Assembly (NCBI GenBank): GCA_021805985.1
Contig: JAJZDN010000019.1
Location: 4,947 to 68,946, forward strand
Source of the DNA: Planctomycetota bacterium
Lineage (GTDB): Bacteria; Planctomycetota; Phycisphaerae; WQYP01
Length of the DNA stretch: 64,000 nt
Direction of reading: 5' to 3'
Below are positions 36,030 through 45,457 of the stretch, piece after piece (within the stretch, counting starts at the first letter, position 1; every line of letters starts with the position of its first letter). The position numbers and the translations under genes were made by a program. Below the pieces are notes generated by a model. That model ran no database searches. It was not told the origin of the DNA and worked only from the letters and a program-made list of their open reading frames with translations.

Positions 36030-37434
36030 GGGCGGCCTCCTTGCTATTTGGCACTCCGGAATTTACGGCCGCGTCAGTGTAATCGTGCCGGTGATCCACC
36101 ATGCGTTTGAGCTTGCGATCATGACGCAGAGAACCGGGCGCATGCGTAATCAAACGCATATCAAATATACCAATATCCAGGTTTTTGGTCAGATCCGGAT
36201 ATTGTAAACGCATCTGCTCCTGGACCTCCCGTCGCAACTGTTGGTCATCGGTGCCAAGGCACTCCACGTGAATTTCCATGATCTCTCTTAACCCATCGAG
36301 TTTGAACACCACCTGCCAGTCATGCGTTAAACCCTTCACAGGCCGCAAAATATTTTCAAACATCAGTGGATATAAATTGCCCCCGCTGGCGACAATTAAT
36401 TCGTCACGGCGACCCCGGAGGCGGCTCATGCGCATACCTTTTAGGCCGCAGGGACATTGTTCAGTAATCAAACGCGTGATGTCTCGGGTACGATAGCGCA
36501 ACAGGGGCATCACTGTGCGGCGCAAGGTTGTAAACACCAGTTCCCCAAGACCGCTGGTGTCCGGTTCAAGGATCTCCGGGTAAAAGTCAGTGTCGTCGAG
36601 ATGATAAACGTCCGGTTGATCGCAGGGTTGATATCCCATGCCGCCGCCGAGTTCTACGCTGCCATAGCACATGCGAACTTTAGCACCGTGCCAGACGCGG
36701 TTCATCCATCCGATGGCGTCGCGCGGCATTTCTTCCGCTCCGCCGATCAACAGTTTCAGCGGTACACTGCCGTGTTCTTCAGCTAATTCCGTCAGACGAA
36801 TCAGCCAGGTGGGTTCACCCATGATGACATTAAACTCATACTGCTTAAGCCGCCGATAGACCTCCATCGGATCAACTTTTCCAAAGGCCATGCAAAAGCA
36901 CTTGGTCCTCATCAAAGCATTATGCACCAGCATGCCGGGAATCCACATGGAAAAATCAAACGCGTTGGCCACCCGATCGGTGGATCGCAGCCCCATCACC
37001 TGCAAGCCTGCCGCATCAATTTGGGCAATTTGCGACAACTCGCTTTGATCATAATAAATCTGTTTATTTTTTCCGCTGGTTCCGGAAGATTCAAAAACAA
37101 TATTTGGTGCCCGACAGATAAAGGCCTTGGGATCTGCGACAATATCCTCCGGCATGGTATAAAAATCACCGAGATCTGCCGGCGTGCGAACTTTAGCCGG
37201 ATCAATGCCGCGGTCATGGAAGGATTTGCGATAAAATGCGCTGTGGCGACCGACATATTTCACAATCTTTCGGAAGCGCTGTGCCCGAAGTGTCGCCACG
37301 AGCCCCGGCGGCATGGCCTGATAAATGCGCGCCGTGTTCTCCGGACTAAGCTGGTCAGCAAAAAAGTCTACCGGATTGAATTTCAGATAACATCCTTTCA
37401 AACGTCGGCTGCTGTTTACCGCAGCTCTGAGCAT
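36022..37434 (-). CDS. phenylacetate-CoA ligase-family adenylate-forming enzyme (PaaK/CapK/F390-synthetase-like)
   Basis: 470 aa. SSGTSGKNKQIYY is the AMP-binding P-loop; the overall length and layout match the PaaK-like acyl-adenylating family. Confidence 0.65.
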   Translation of the reverse strand: MLRAAVNSSRRLKGCYLKFNPVDFFADQLSPENTARIYQAMPPGLVATLRAQRFRKIVKYVGRHSAFYRKSFHDRGIDPAKVRTPADLGDFYTMPEDIVADPKAFICRAPNIVFESSGTSGKNKQIYYDQSELSQIAQIDAAGLQVMGLRSTDRVANAFDFSMWIPGMLVHNALMRTKCFCMAFGKVDPMEVYRRLKQYEFNVIMGEPTWLIRLTELAEEHGSVPLKLLIGGAEEMPRDAIGWMNRVWHGAKVRMCYGSVELGGGMGYQPCDQPDVYHLDDTDFYPEILEPDTSGLGELVFTTLRRTVMPLLRYRTRDITRLITEQCPCGLKGMRMSRLRGRRDELIVASGGNLYPLMFENILRPVKGLTHDWQVVFKLDGLREIMEIHVECLGTDDQQLRREVQEQMRLQYPDLTKNLDIGIFDMRLITHAPGSLRHDRKLKRMVDHRHDYTDAAVNSGVPNSKEAAHA

Positions 37435-37438
37435 GTTT

Positions 37439-38794
37439 CTATCGCGCTGCCTTCATGGCCTGCCCGATAGCCCGCGTTGTAATTTCCAGGTCCTCGGCAC
37501 TGTGTGCCGCGCTGATAAACCAACAGGCCGAACCGGAACTGTTGACATGCACACCCTGCATCAACAACGAATGCCTGAATGCCGCGTAGCGCTGTGTGTC
37601 CACCTTCAGCAAATCGCGATAATGCTTCAACGCCTGTCCGTCCTCATTAAACAGCACCTGAAACATGCTACCCACGCCCTGCACCACGCACGCAATGCCC
37701 GTGTCTGCCGCAGCCCGGCGAATCGCTTCCATGCAGCTTCGGCCATGGCTGTGGATTTTTTCCAATGTTCCCGGCTCATTTATTTTGCGCAACGTATAAA
37801 GTGCGGCCGCGGCACACAACGGATTGCCATTGTACGTGCCGCCGTGTTTTACAACATTGGCACCCACCTGTTCCATTATCGCCCGGCGGCCCGCAAAAGC
37901 GCTAATGGGAAATCCGCCGCCGATAGCTTTGCTGAAAATAGTCAGATCCGGCGTAACCCCAAAGTATTGTGCCGCTCCGCCCCGCGCCAGGCGAAAGCCA
38001 GTAACAATTTCATCATAAATCAGCAAAATTCCCCGTTTGTCGCATTGCTCCCGCAGCCATGGCAGCAGTCCGTCTTCCGGCATAATGCAGGCATTATTAG
38101 CCACAATCGGTTCTAAAATAATCGCCGCCGACTCCTCGCCATGTTCATTAAGCAATTGTTCAATAAGGTCCTTGTGATTCCATGGGGCAATAATGACATC
38201 CCCGCTGACACCTTCCGGAATCCCCCGCGAATGCGGGCTGTTATGCGGGTGATCCAGCGGGCCGGCTTCAGCGGTCGTCGGACGGTTGCTCACGGCCAGC
38301 ACATCGATCCAGCCATGATAGTGTCCCTCAAATTTGATAATCCGATTGCGACCGGTAAATCCGCGCGCCGCGCGAATGGCCCCGCTGATGGCTTCCGATC
38401 CGGAATTCGCATAACGCACCAGTTCAGCTCCGGGAACCATGGCGCAAATTTGTTCAGCCAATTCCACCTCTACCGTGTTGCACGTGCCGAACATCGTGCC
38501 GCGGTCCAGTTGTTGCTGCACTGCCCCGATCAGGCCGCCGTCAGCATGCCCCAGAATTGCACTACCATAGCTAAGCAGATAATCAATAAATTCGTGGCCG
38601 TCCACATCCCACACGTGTGATTTGTTCCCCCGGTCAATGTACAGCGGATAAGGCAGCGGCCCAGTAGTGGAACTGCGCGCCGAACTGCTAATTCCGCCCG
38701 CCAGCACCTGCTTGGCCCGCCCAAACCATTGTTGAGATTGGCTCGTGGCATGAAGGTCTGTTAGGCCCAGAGGATGTACCATCGTTTGTGTCAT
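37439..38794 (-). CDS. class-III PLP aminotransferase (glutamate-1-semialdehyde aminomutase-like)
   Basis: YGSAILGHADGGLIGAVQQQLDRGTMFG...YANSGSEAISGAIRAARGFTGRNRIIKFEGHYHGW is a diagnostic HemL-like pattern. Confidence 0.8.
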   Translation of the reverse strand: MTQTMVHPLGLTDLHATSQSQQWFGRAKQVLAGGISSSARSSTTGPLPYPLYIDRGNKSHVWDVDGHEFIDYLLSYGSAILGHADGGLIGAVQQQLDRGTMFGTCNTVEVELAEQICAMVPGAELVRYANSGSEAISGAIRAARGFTGRNRIIKFEGHYHGWIDVLAVSNRPTTAEAGPLDHPHNSPHSRGIPEGVSGDVIIAPWNHKDLIEQLLNEHGEESAAIILEPIVANNACIMPEDGLLPWLREQCDKRGILLIYDEIVTGFRLARGGAAQYFGVTPDLTIFSKAIGGGFPISAFAGRRAIMEQVGANVVKHGGTYNGNPLCAAAALYTLRKINEPGTLEKIHSHGRSCMEAIRRAAADTGIACVVQGVGSMFQVLFNEDGQALKHYRDLLKVDTQRYAAFRHSLLMQGVHVNSSGSACWFISAAHSAEDLEITTRAIGQAMKAAR

Positions 38795-38798
38795 AGGT

Positions 38799-40121
38799 CT
38801 ATTTTACCGGTAAAGTTGTCCAATGTATTGCACACAGCGCAAATGACAGCGCCGCTTCATGCACCGCTTTAAGCTCTACGTATTCATCCACGCCATGCGC
38901 CTGCTCCAAGCTGCCGGGACCCCATACCAGCGTGGGTGTCTGATCCATACCCCAACGCAAGCCCGCTTCGCAACCTGCGTTAAAACCCCGCCATGACATG
39001 GTGTTTGCTGTTAAACCACTATCTGTCATTGCCGCCAATGCACTTTGCGCCAGCGGATGTTGCTTGGATAATTCATGGCCGCCATATTCTTCAGAAAATT
39101 CAATATCCAGGCGGCACCCGCTATCTTTCCCTTTTTGCTGCAATTCGCACAGCCGATCTTGAAACCGCTTTTTCCAAACTTCAACATCATCCGCTGGCAG
39201 CAGTTCCAGGTACCCCGCACACCCGGCCAGGTCACACGTGGCACCCTGCCAATTTCCCCCCTCTATATGATCCACCGTAATGGGGCGCATAATAGGATAG
39301 TGGGCAAACAGCTCATTGGGGTCGAGCACGGCAAATTCCGTTTCCATAAGCTCCAGGTGTTCCAGCACCGCCCGCAAAGCGACAATGGCGTCGGTTCCCA
39401 ACCATTTGACTGTGCCATGCACCGCTTTACCGTGTAATCCAATGGCGAATCTTACGCCGCTGCGCGACGCATTCCGCGGTTGTCCCTCCGTGGGTTCCAG
39501 CACAATTAATCCATCCGGATGATAGCCCCGCACGTAACTGGTTAATGTGCCCAAACCTACGCAATCCTCTTCGCCAGGAACAATTTCCACCATCACATCG
39601 CCGGGCAGGCCCTGCGGATACGCGTTTTTCAACGCCAATAGCGCCGCCAACGCACTGGCCAGCGGGCCTTTTACATCGCAAGCGCCCCGGCCATAAATCC
39701 GCCCCTCGGCTATTTCCCCCGACCATGGGCCATGCGCCCATCGCTGTGCATCACCGGGTGCAATGACATCGCTGTGCGCATTAAACATCAAGCTGCGGCC
39801 AAGGCCACGTCCTGGAAATTTGATAACCAGAGTGGGTCTCCCGGCCAGCGGAATATGCCGTAAAGTTGCTTGCCGATAGGCACTAAGTTGCGTTTCTGAA
39901 GACTCAAACAAATCCGCTTCAAAGCCATTTTGCTTCGCCCATCGGCTGATAAATACGACCAGATCGCGCTCGTTGCCGCTGGTGGAGGGAATTTGCAACA
40001 GTTTCTCCAGCAGTTCCTGCGTGGCTGCCTGACGCTGACGCAGAATATTTTCCAGTTCGCGTTGTAGATTCTGCGATGGTGTGGGAGATGCTGCGCGTTG
40101 GGTCGTGGTTATTGCAGGCAT
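38799..40121 (-). CDS. M20-family metallohydrolase (ArgE/DapE/N-acyl-amino-acid deacylase-like)
   Basis: MFNAHSDVIAPG and GRGACDVKGPLAS are the metal-binding blocks of the M20 family. Confidence 0.7.
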   Translation of the reverse strand: MPAITTTQRAASPTPSQNLQRELENILRQRQAATQELLEKLLQIPSTSGNERDLVVFISRWAKQNGFEADLFESSETQLSAYRQATLRHIPLAGRPTLVIKFPGRGLGRSLMFNAHSDVIAPGDAQRWAHGPWSGEIAEGRIYGRGACDVKGPLASALAALLALKNAYPQGLPGDVMVEIVPGEEDCVGLGTLTSYVRGYHPDGLIVLEPTEGQPRNASRSGVRFAIGLHGKAVHGTVKWLGTDAIVALRAVLEHLELMETEFAVLDPNELFAHYPIMRPITVDHIEGGNWQGATCDLAGCAGYLELLPADDVEVWKKRFQDRLCELQQKGKDSGCRLDIEFSEEYGGHELSKQHPLAQSALAAMTDSGLTANTMSWRGFNAGCEAGLRWGMDQTPTLVWGPGSLEQAHGVDEYVELKAVHEAALSFALCAIHWTTLPVK

Positions 40122-40155
40122 AAGGCTCGCATTCTTCCGTTTGGTTTAGAGCGAT

Positions 40156-40851
40156 TTATATCGCTGCTACCTGCGATGTCCATGCCCCATTCATGGTCGC
40201 GGCAATTTCGTGCAGGCTGTTGTATGGAATATAGGCGTGTTGCCGGTCCGCCAATTCCTGCGCCAGAACTCCTTTGGCAAATACCACATCGGCCTGCCGG
40301 GCCGGGCAAATATCACTGCGGCCGTCGCCTATATAAATAGTTTTCCGCCGCCCTACATGCAGTTCGCGGGCGCTGCTGCATTTACAATGGGCTGCCGCTG
40401 ATAAGCAAAATTCCGTTTTATGTGGACAGACCAAGTGAAGCTGCTGATCCATTCGAGCGATTCGATTGGCCCGAATTTTAACATCGCCCACATTAAAGCG
40501 GTTGAGAATTCTCCGGATAAATTTTTCAATCCCATCGCTGAGAATAGCAAATGGGACGTGATACTGCCGGAGCAGGGCAATAAGAGGAAGAAATCCCGGA
40601 TCAATTTCCACTTGATCGATAAAATCGTAAAGATCGTTATCTGAAATGTCCAAAAGTGAAAATTCTTCCCGTAAACACGCTTCTGAGCCGATCAATCCAG
40701 CTTTCCATCGCTCTTCCACGAGTTTCCATGATTCATTGCGCGAGAACTTATTCACCAGTTCGTCCAGCACATCTTGACGCGAGATCGTGCCGTCAAAATC
40801 AAACCACACCTGTGCGGCATGGGGATCCGGTAAAATCACTTTTTTCACCAT
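40156..40851 (-). CDS. HAD-IB-family phosphatase (PSP/MtnX-like) with an extra Cys cluster
   Basis: WFDFDGTIS (motif I DxDGT), later IYIGDGRSD (motif IV). Insert CPHKTEFCLSAAAHCKC. Start at ATG 40851 after AAGAGGAA. Confidence 0.6.
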   Translation of the reverse strand: MVKKVILPDPHAAQVWFDFDGTISRQDVLDELVNKFSRNESWKLVEERWKAGLIGSEACLREEFSLLDISDNDLYDFIDQVEIDPGFLPLIALLRQYHVPFAILSDGIEKFIRRILNRFNVGDVKIRANRIARMDQQLHLVCPHKTEFCLSAAAHCKCSSARELHVGRRKTIYIGDGRSDICPARQADVVFAKGVLAQELADRQHAYIPYNSLHEIAATMNGAWTSQVAAI

Positions 40852-41046
40852 GACAATTCCTCTTAACCCAATCATGGCTTTTCGGCCCCGCAGGGCCTTA
40901 TGTTGCCGCCGGGAGTGCTGTGAGAAAACCAGTTTTAAATCCTCGAAAAATGGGAATTTTTATCCCATTAATCGCCTGCGTTCCAAAGTCGATTAATATC
41001 TTATAGCAAACGGGGGGTGAATATCAACCGTGGTCAATAGTGGCCG

Positions 41047-41112
41047 CCGATGCTGCATCTTAGCCGATCCAAATTTAAGACAGTCTTACAATAACCGAAG
41101 GGGCTATGCCAT
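41047..41112. repeat. 66-bp low-GC repeat (gccgatgctgcatcttagccgatccaaatttaagacagtcttacaataaccgaaggggctatgcc), copy A
   Basis: Identical over 66 bp to 50595-50660; a degenerate third copy lies at about 53995-54055. In all three cases it sits immediately 5' of a minus-strand gene. Confidence 0.7.
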
Positions 41113-41423
41113 CGATGTTGCGAATCCATGTTGCGAATCCAGGGCCTCAACGGCGGCTATAATGCAGCAGGCTAATGCGGATGGAAAATAACAAGCGGAT
41201 TGGAGTATCCGACATTTGTGCCAGTGCTTTGCTTAATGCGGTACGGAGGCTTGCAGGGTTATTACCGGCGGCCGCCAAACTTGGTCCTAGGCAATCCATG
41301 ATGGGGCTTGATTCCAAGTGAAAAGTGGGATTCTGAAGAAGCCAGATCCGCCGACGACAGGGGAAAGGAAATGGCTTTCTCAAAGCGGTCAGGCGGTTTC
41401 GTTGAAACAGTCGGGGAACGTCT

Positions 41424-42392
41424 ATGCTGTACGACCGAATGAACCGGAGTATCGGATACCTGCGATTATCCATCACACAGGCTTGCCAATTGCGCTGCAT
41501 CTATTGTCGGCCCGCGCTCCACCAAAATCATACCGACGGCATGTTGACACCTGCGGAATTCGGGCAGATCGCGCATCACTTCATCCTCCACCATGGGGTG
41601 CAGAAAATTCGCATTACCGGCGGTGATCCAACCGCCCGTGGGGATTTGCCGGAAATAATTGGAACAATTGCCACAGGGCATTCGGATATTGACCTGGCGA
41701 TGAGCACCAACGGTTTGGCATTGGGCCGCCTGGCGGCTACCTGCAAAGCCTCCGGCTTAAAACGTGTGAATATCAGCATGGACACGCTGGATGAATCAAC
41801 ATTTGAACGTTTAAGCGGCCGGCGCGGCGTTGGTCAGGTCATTGCCGGCATTGATGCCGCGATTGCCGCAAACCTCGCCCCGGTAAAACTCAATATGGTG
41901 GTAATGCGCGGCATCAATGACGGGCAATTGGCATCCATGGTCGATTTCGCGGCACAGCGAAACATAACACTCCGTTTTATTGAACTTATGCCCATGGGAC
42001 CCCTGGCACCGAATTGGCATCAGCATTACGCACCGGCGGCCAGCATCCGCAGAAGCCTCGAGCCTCTGACGCTCTCTTGGCGACCCCTCGAGCAGGGTGC
42101 AGAAAGCAGCCGGAATTTTCGCGTCGTGCTGCGCGATGGAAGAGAAGTATCGCTGGGTTTTATCACCCCGATGAGTTGCAATTTCTGCGGCAACTGCAAT
42201 CGCCTGCGCATTTCCTGCACCGGCGATATTTTTCCTTGTCTGATGAACCGGCCGCGCGGAACGCTTCTGCCCGCGCTGCGGCCGAAATATGACCCGTTGC
42301 GTTTTGACGCACTTCTGGCGGAGGCGTTGGCGGCAAAAGAGGCGGAACATCCGCACGATGGCTTTGCAGTGATGACCAGTATTGGAGGCTAA
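41424..42392 (+). CDS. moaA: GTP 3',8-cyclase MoaA (radical SAM)
   Basis: YLRLSITQACQLRCIYCRP (CxxxCxxC) and a C-terminal second cluster motif. Confidence 0.9.
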   Translation: MLYDRMNRSIGYLRLSITQACQLRCIYCRPALHQNHTDGMLTPAEFGQIAHHFILHHGVQKIRITGGDPTARGDLPEIIGTIATGHSDIDLAMSTNGLALGRLAATCKASGLKRVNISMDTLDESTFERLSGRRGVGQVIAGIDAAIAANLAPVKLNMVVMRGINDGQLASMVDFAAQRNITLRFIELMPMGPLAPNWHQHYAPAASIRRSLEPLTLSWRPLEQGAESSRNFRVVLRDGREVSLGFITPMSCNFCGNCNRLRISCTGDIFPCLMNRPRGTLLPALRPKYDPLRFDALLAEALAAKEAEHPHDGFAVMTSIGG

Positions 42393-42508
42393 TTCATGGG
42401 GCACCCCGCGGGTAACCACACGACCGCATTCAAAAACATTACAGGCGGGGGATTAATGCGCGACCCCTGCCCTGAGTATGAGGCCAGAGTTGGAAAGCGT
42501 GAATACCT

Positions 42509-42757
42509 ATGAAATTGACCGTACAGCTCTTTGGATCGGCGGCCGAACTGGCCAACCGGACGCGGCTAGTGGTGGAAGTGTGTGATAAAACCGTGACTTG
42601 CACACGCTTGCGTACTGTCATCGTTCAATATTGTCCGCAGATTGAGAACCTTATGCCGTCTGCGCGGCTGGCGATAAATTGTTCCTATGTCGCGGAGGAT
42701 ACGCTCGTGTCGGATCAAGATGAAATCGCGCTAATTCAGGCGGTGGGGGGCGGATGA
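42509..42757 (+). CDS. moaD: molybdopterin synthase sulfur-carrier subunit MoaD
   Basis: 82 aa, ubiquitin-like, ends in GGG. Confidence 0.7.
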   Translation: MKLTVQLFGSAAELANRTRLVVEVCDKTVTCTRLRTVIVQYCPQIENLMPSARLAINCSYVAEDTLVSDQDEIALIQAVGGG

Positions 42758-43167
42758 GCGTGACTGTTGAATTTTGTGACGGCCCGGTCGTTGTGCGTCG
42801 GCCTCGGCCTGAACCAGTCGTTGGAGCAGTGGTGATGTTCGAAGGCATTGTGCGGGCGGAAGAAAATGGCCGGCGGATTGTCGCCTTGGATTATCGCACG
42901 TATGACCCCATGGCGGAACGGGAGTTAAAACGCCTTGCGGATTCCGCAGTCAGCGCATTCGATTTGGCCATGCTGCTGGTGCTGCATAGTCGCGGATTGG
43001 TGCCGGAGGGGAATTGTTCCTTTCTGTTGGTGACGGCGGCCAAGAATCGCAAACCCGCGCTGCTGGCGATGGATTGGTTTATCGATGCGCTTAAACGCGA
43101 TGTGCCGATCTGGAAATACCCTGTGTGGGCAACTGAAATGAACACTGCGATGGGAGTTGGATCATGA
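42754..43167 (+). CDS. moaE: molybdopterin synthase catalytic subunit MoaE
   Basis: VGAVVMFEGIVR...LVLHSRGLVPEG...AAKNRKPALLAMDWFIDALKRDVPIWK. ATGA coupling to moaD. Confidence 0.85.
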   Translation: MSVTVEFCDGPVVVRRPRPEPVVGAVVMFEGIVRAEENGRRIVALDYRTYDPMAERELKRLADSAVSAFDLAMLLVLHSRGLVPEGNCSFLLVTAAKNRKPALLAMDWFIDALKRDVPIWKYPVWATEMNTAMGVGS

Positions 43168-44354
43168 ATGCCCCACATCCTGAGACAGCCTTCAGGCAAC
43201 TGGCAGAGCGGATGCCCGATATCGGAGTTCAGACCGTACTTTTATCAGATGCCGCTGGCCGGATTCAGGCCATGCCTCTGCTTGCCAATCGCGATAGTCC
43301 ACCGTTTGATTGCAGTTCAATGGATGGATTCGCCGTCAGGTTGAAGGACCTGACAGCATCCGATCTGCCCGTGCGGGGCGAAGGGCGTTTGGGGCAAGAG
43401 CCGCCAGCACTGGAGGCGAATGCCGCCGTGCGAGTCTCCACGGGCAGTCCAATTCCGATCGGTGCAGACACTGTGATTCCCGTGGAAGATGCCCAGGAGA
43501 AAGACGGACGCATCGCCCTGGCCGGCGGAGCGCAACCGCATATTGGCCAGAACATCCGCCGACGCGGAGAAAATGCAGTCGCAGGTACAACGATATTGGG
43601 AAGTGGTGTCATTCTCCGTGCAGCGCACATAGGAGCGATGGCGGCTTTCGGACACTCGAAGGCAAGCGTCCGTAACCGCCTGCGCATAGCGGTAATTACC
43701 ACCGGTGATGAATTAATACCTCCCGGCTGCCCCGTGACCCAATGGCGCATTATAGACAGCAATTTGGCGGCCTTATGCGCCTCGGTCTTGTGTATTCCAT
43801 GGCTGGAACTGGTGGCGGCTGTGCGGGTAGCCGATGATGTCGCCGCCATGACGGCCGCCCTTCACGGCGCGCTGGCGAATGCGGATGTAATATTAACCAC
43901 GGGCGGCGTATCCAGGGGACATCGCGATTTTATGCCGGCGGCAATACGCGCTGCCGGTGGGGAAGTCTTATTTCACCGCCTGCCAATCAAGCCCGGCGGC
44001 CCGGTTCTTGGAGCGATAGCTGCGGGAAAGGCAGTATTCGGCTTACCAGGAAATCCAGTATCCGCGTTGGTCTTATGGAGGCGTTTCGTTTTGCCATGTC
44101 TGGCATTGCACGTTGGCTGTAGCCGAAGTTTCGGTGCCGACCTCCAGGTTGAGCTGACCAATCCGCCGGATGATCTGCCTATGAAATGGTGCTATCGCCT
44201 CGTACGGATTGCGGGCATTGGACGGGCGGAACTGATCCGCTGCGCCAGCTCTGGCGATATTCCGGCGGCCGCAACCTCGGATGGATTTATTGAGGTACCA
44301 CCTGATAAAACGACGGACGTGACATTCCCTTTTTTTTCCTGGAGTATTGCATGA
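43164..44354 (+). CDS. moeA: molybdopterin molybdotransferase MoeA
   Basis: VRVSTGSPIPIGADTVIPVED, ITTGDEL and TTGGVSRG motifs. Confidence 0.85.
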   Translation: MNAPHPETAFRQLAERMPDIGVQTVLLSDAAGRIQAMPLLANRDSPPFDCSSMDGFAVRLKDLTASDLPVRGEGRLGQEPPALEANAAVRVSTGSPIPIGADTVIPVEDAQEKDGRIALAGGAQPHIGQNIRRRGENAVAGTTILGSGVILRAAHIGAMAAFGHSKASVRNRLRIAVITTGDELIPPGCPVTQWRIIDSNLAALCASVLCIPWLELVAAVRVADDVAAMTAALHGALANADVILTTGGVSRGHRDFMPAAIRAAGGEVLFHRLPIKPGGPVLGAIAAGKAVFGLPGNPVSALVLWRRFVLPCLALHVGCSRSFGADLQVELTNPPDDLPMKWCYRLVRIAGIGRAELIRCASSGDIPAAATSDGFIEVPPDKTTDVTFPFFSWSIA

Positions 44355-44857
44355 ACAAACGCACGCATCCAACCGATACGTTGACACATATCAATGAAGA
44401 TGAATTGCCATCAATGGTGCGCATTGTGAACAAGCCGGTCGCTGCGCGAAAAGCCGTCGCGATAGGGACGGTGTATATTAATGCCGCTCTGGCTGCGGCA
44501 ATCCGCCAGAACGCCGTCAGCAAAGGGCGGGTACTGGATGTCGCGCGATTGGCGGGGATACAGGCCGCCAAGAAGACTTCGGAACTGATCCCGCTGTGCC
44601 ATCTGATCCTGTTGGAAAGCATCGACCTTACGGTGCAATTGCGGGGGCACCGGGTGCAAATCCGCGCAGCGGTTGAAGCCAACTGGAAAACCGGTGTTGA
44701 AATGGAAGCACTTACCGCGGTCGCAGTGGCCGCGTTGACGGTATATGACATGGGGAAGGCTCTGGACCGTGCGATCCGGATCGATTCCGTACAACTCTTG
44801 GAAAAAACCGGTGGAACGCGTGGCAACTATCGTTTAAGGAAAGGGAAAAAGCCGTGA
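44351..44857 (+). CDS. moaC: cyclic pyranopterin monophosphate synthase MoaC
   Basis: ELIPLCHLILLE...GVEMEALTAVAVAALTVYDM. Confidence 0.9.
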   Translation: MNKRTHPTDTLTHINEDELPSMVRIVNKPVAARKAVAIGTVYINAALAAAIRQNAVSKGRVLDVARLAGIQAAKKTSELIPLCHLILLESIDLTVQLRGHRVQIRAAVEANWKTGVEMEALTAVAVAALTVYDMGKALDRAIRIDSVQLLEKTGGTRGNYRLRKGKKP

Positions 44858-45363
44858 CTTGGAAAGCCGCCATCCTCACCTGTTCCGACCGCTGCGCCCG
44901 TGGTGAAGCGGAGGATCGAAGCGGGCCGGCGCTGGCTGAAGCGGCGCGGAAACACCTTGATGCGGAAATCATCGCCATGGCGTGCGTTGCGGACGATATT
45001 CCAGCGATTCAGGCCAGATTACGGGAATGGTCATCGGGAAATCAGGCCGTGGATCTGATTTTGACCACCGGAGGCACCGGCCTTTCACCGCGCGACAATA
45101 CGCCGGAAGCGACGCGGCCTCTGATTGGTAAGTGCGCTCCCGGCTTAATGGAGCTGGGGCGACTGCGTTGTCTTTCTAAGACACCACGGGCATATCTGGG
45201 CCGCGGAGAGGCCGGGCTGATTAATCGCACGCTAGTGCTGAACCTCCCCGGATCGCCGCGTGGTGCCGTGGAATTTTTGGAATCGCTTGCCGATGTGTTA
45301 CCCCACGCTTTGGCCATCGCCCGCGGAGCGAATCATGACCACGGCGATGAATTACATCAATGA
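44854..45363 (+). CDS. mogA: molybdenum cofactor biosynthesis protein MogA/MoaB
   Basis: AAILTCSDR...DLILTTGGTGLSPRDNTPEATRPL...PGSPRGA. Confidence 0.8.
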   Translation: MTWKAAILTCSDRCARGEAEDRSGPALAEAARKHLDAEIIAMACVADDIPAIQARLREWSSGNQAVDLILTTGGTGLSPRDNTPEATRPLIGKCAPGLMELGRLRCLSKTPRAYLGRGEAGLINRTLVLNLPGSPRGAVEFLESLADVLPHALAIARGANHDHGDELHQ

Positions 45364-45457
45364 CGAAATTCCAAATTCACCGGCTGAAGAAGTCATTTTT
45401 TCTCAGGATTCGCGTTGCCAAAATTACCGCCGCCGTTTAGTCACCCGTAACCACCAC

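Noticed and set aside
41113-41423. Moco riboswitch upstream of moaA
   Set aside because: Location is right, but I could not recognise the conserved Moco-motif elements by eye. Left as a hypothesis in findings rather than a feature.
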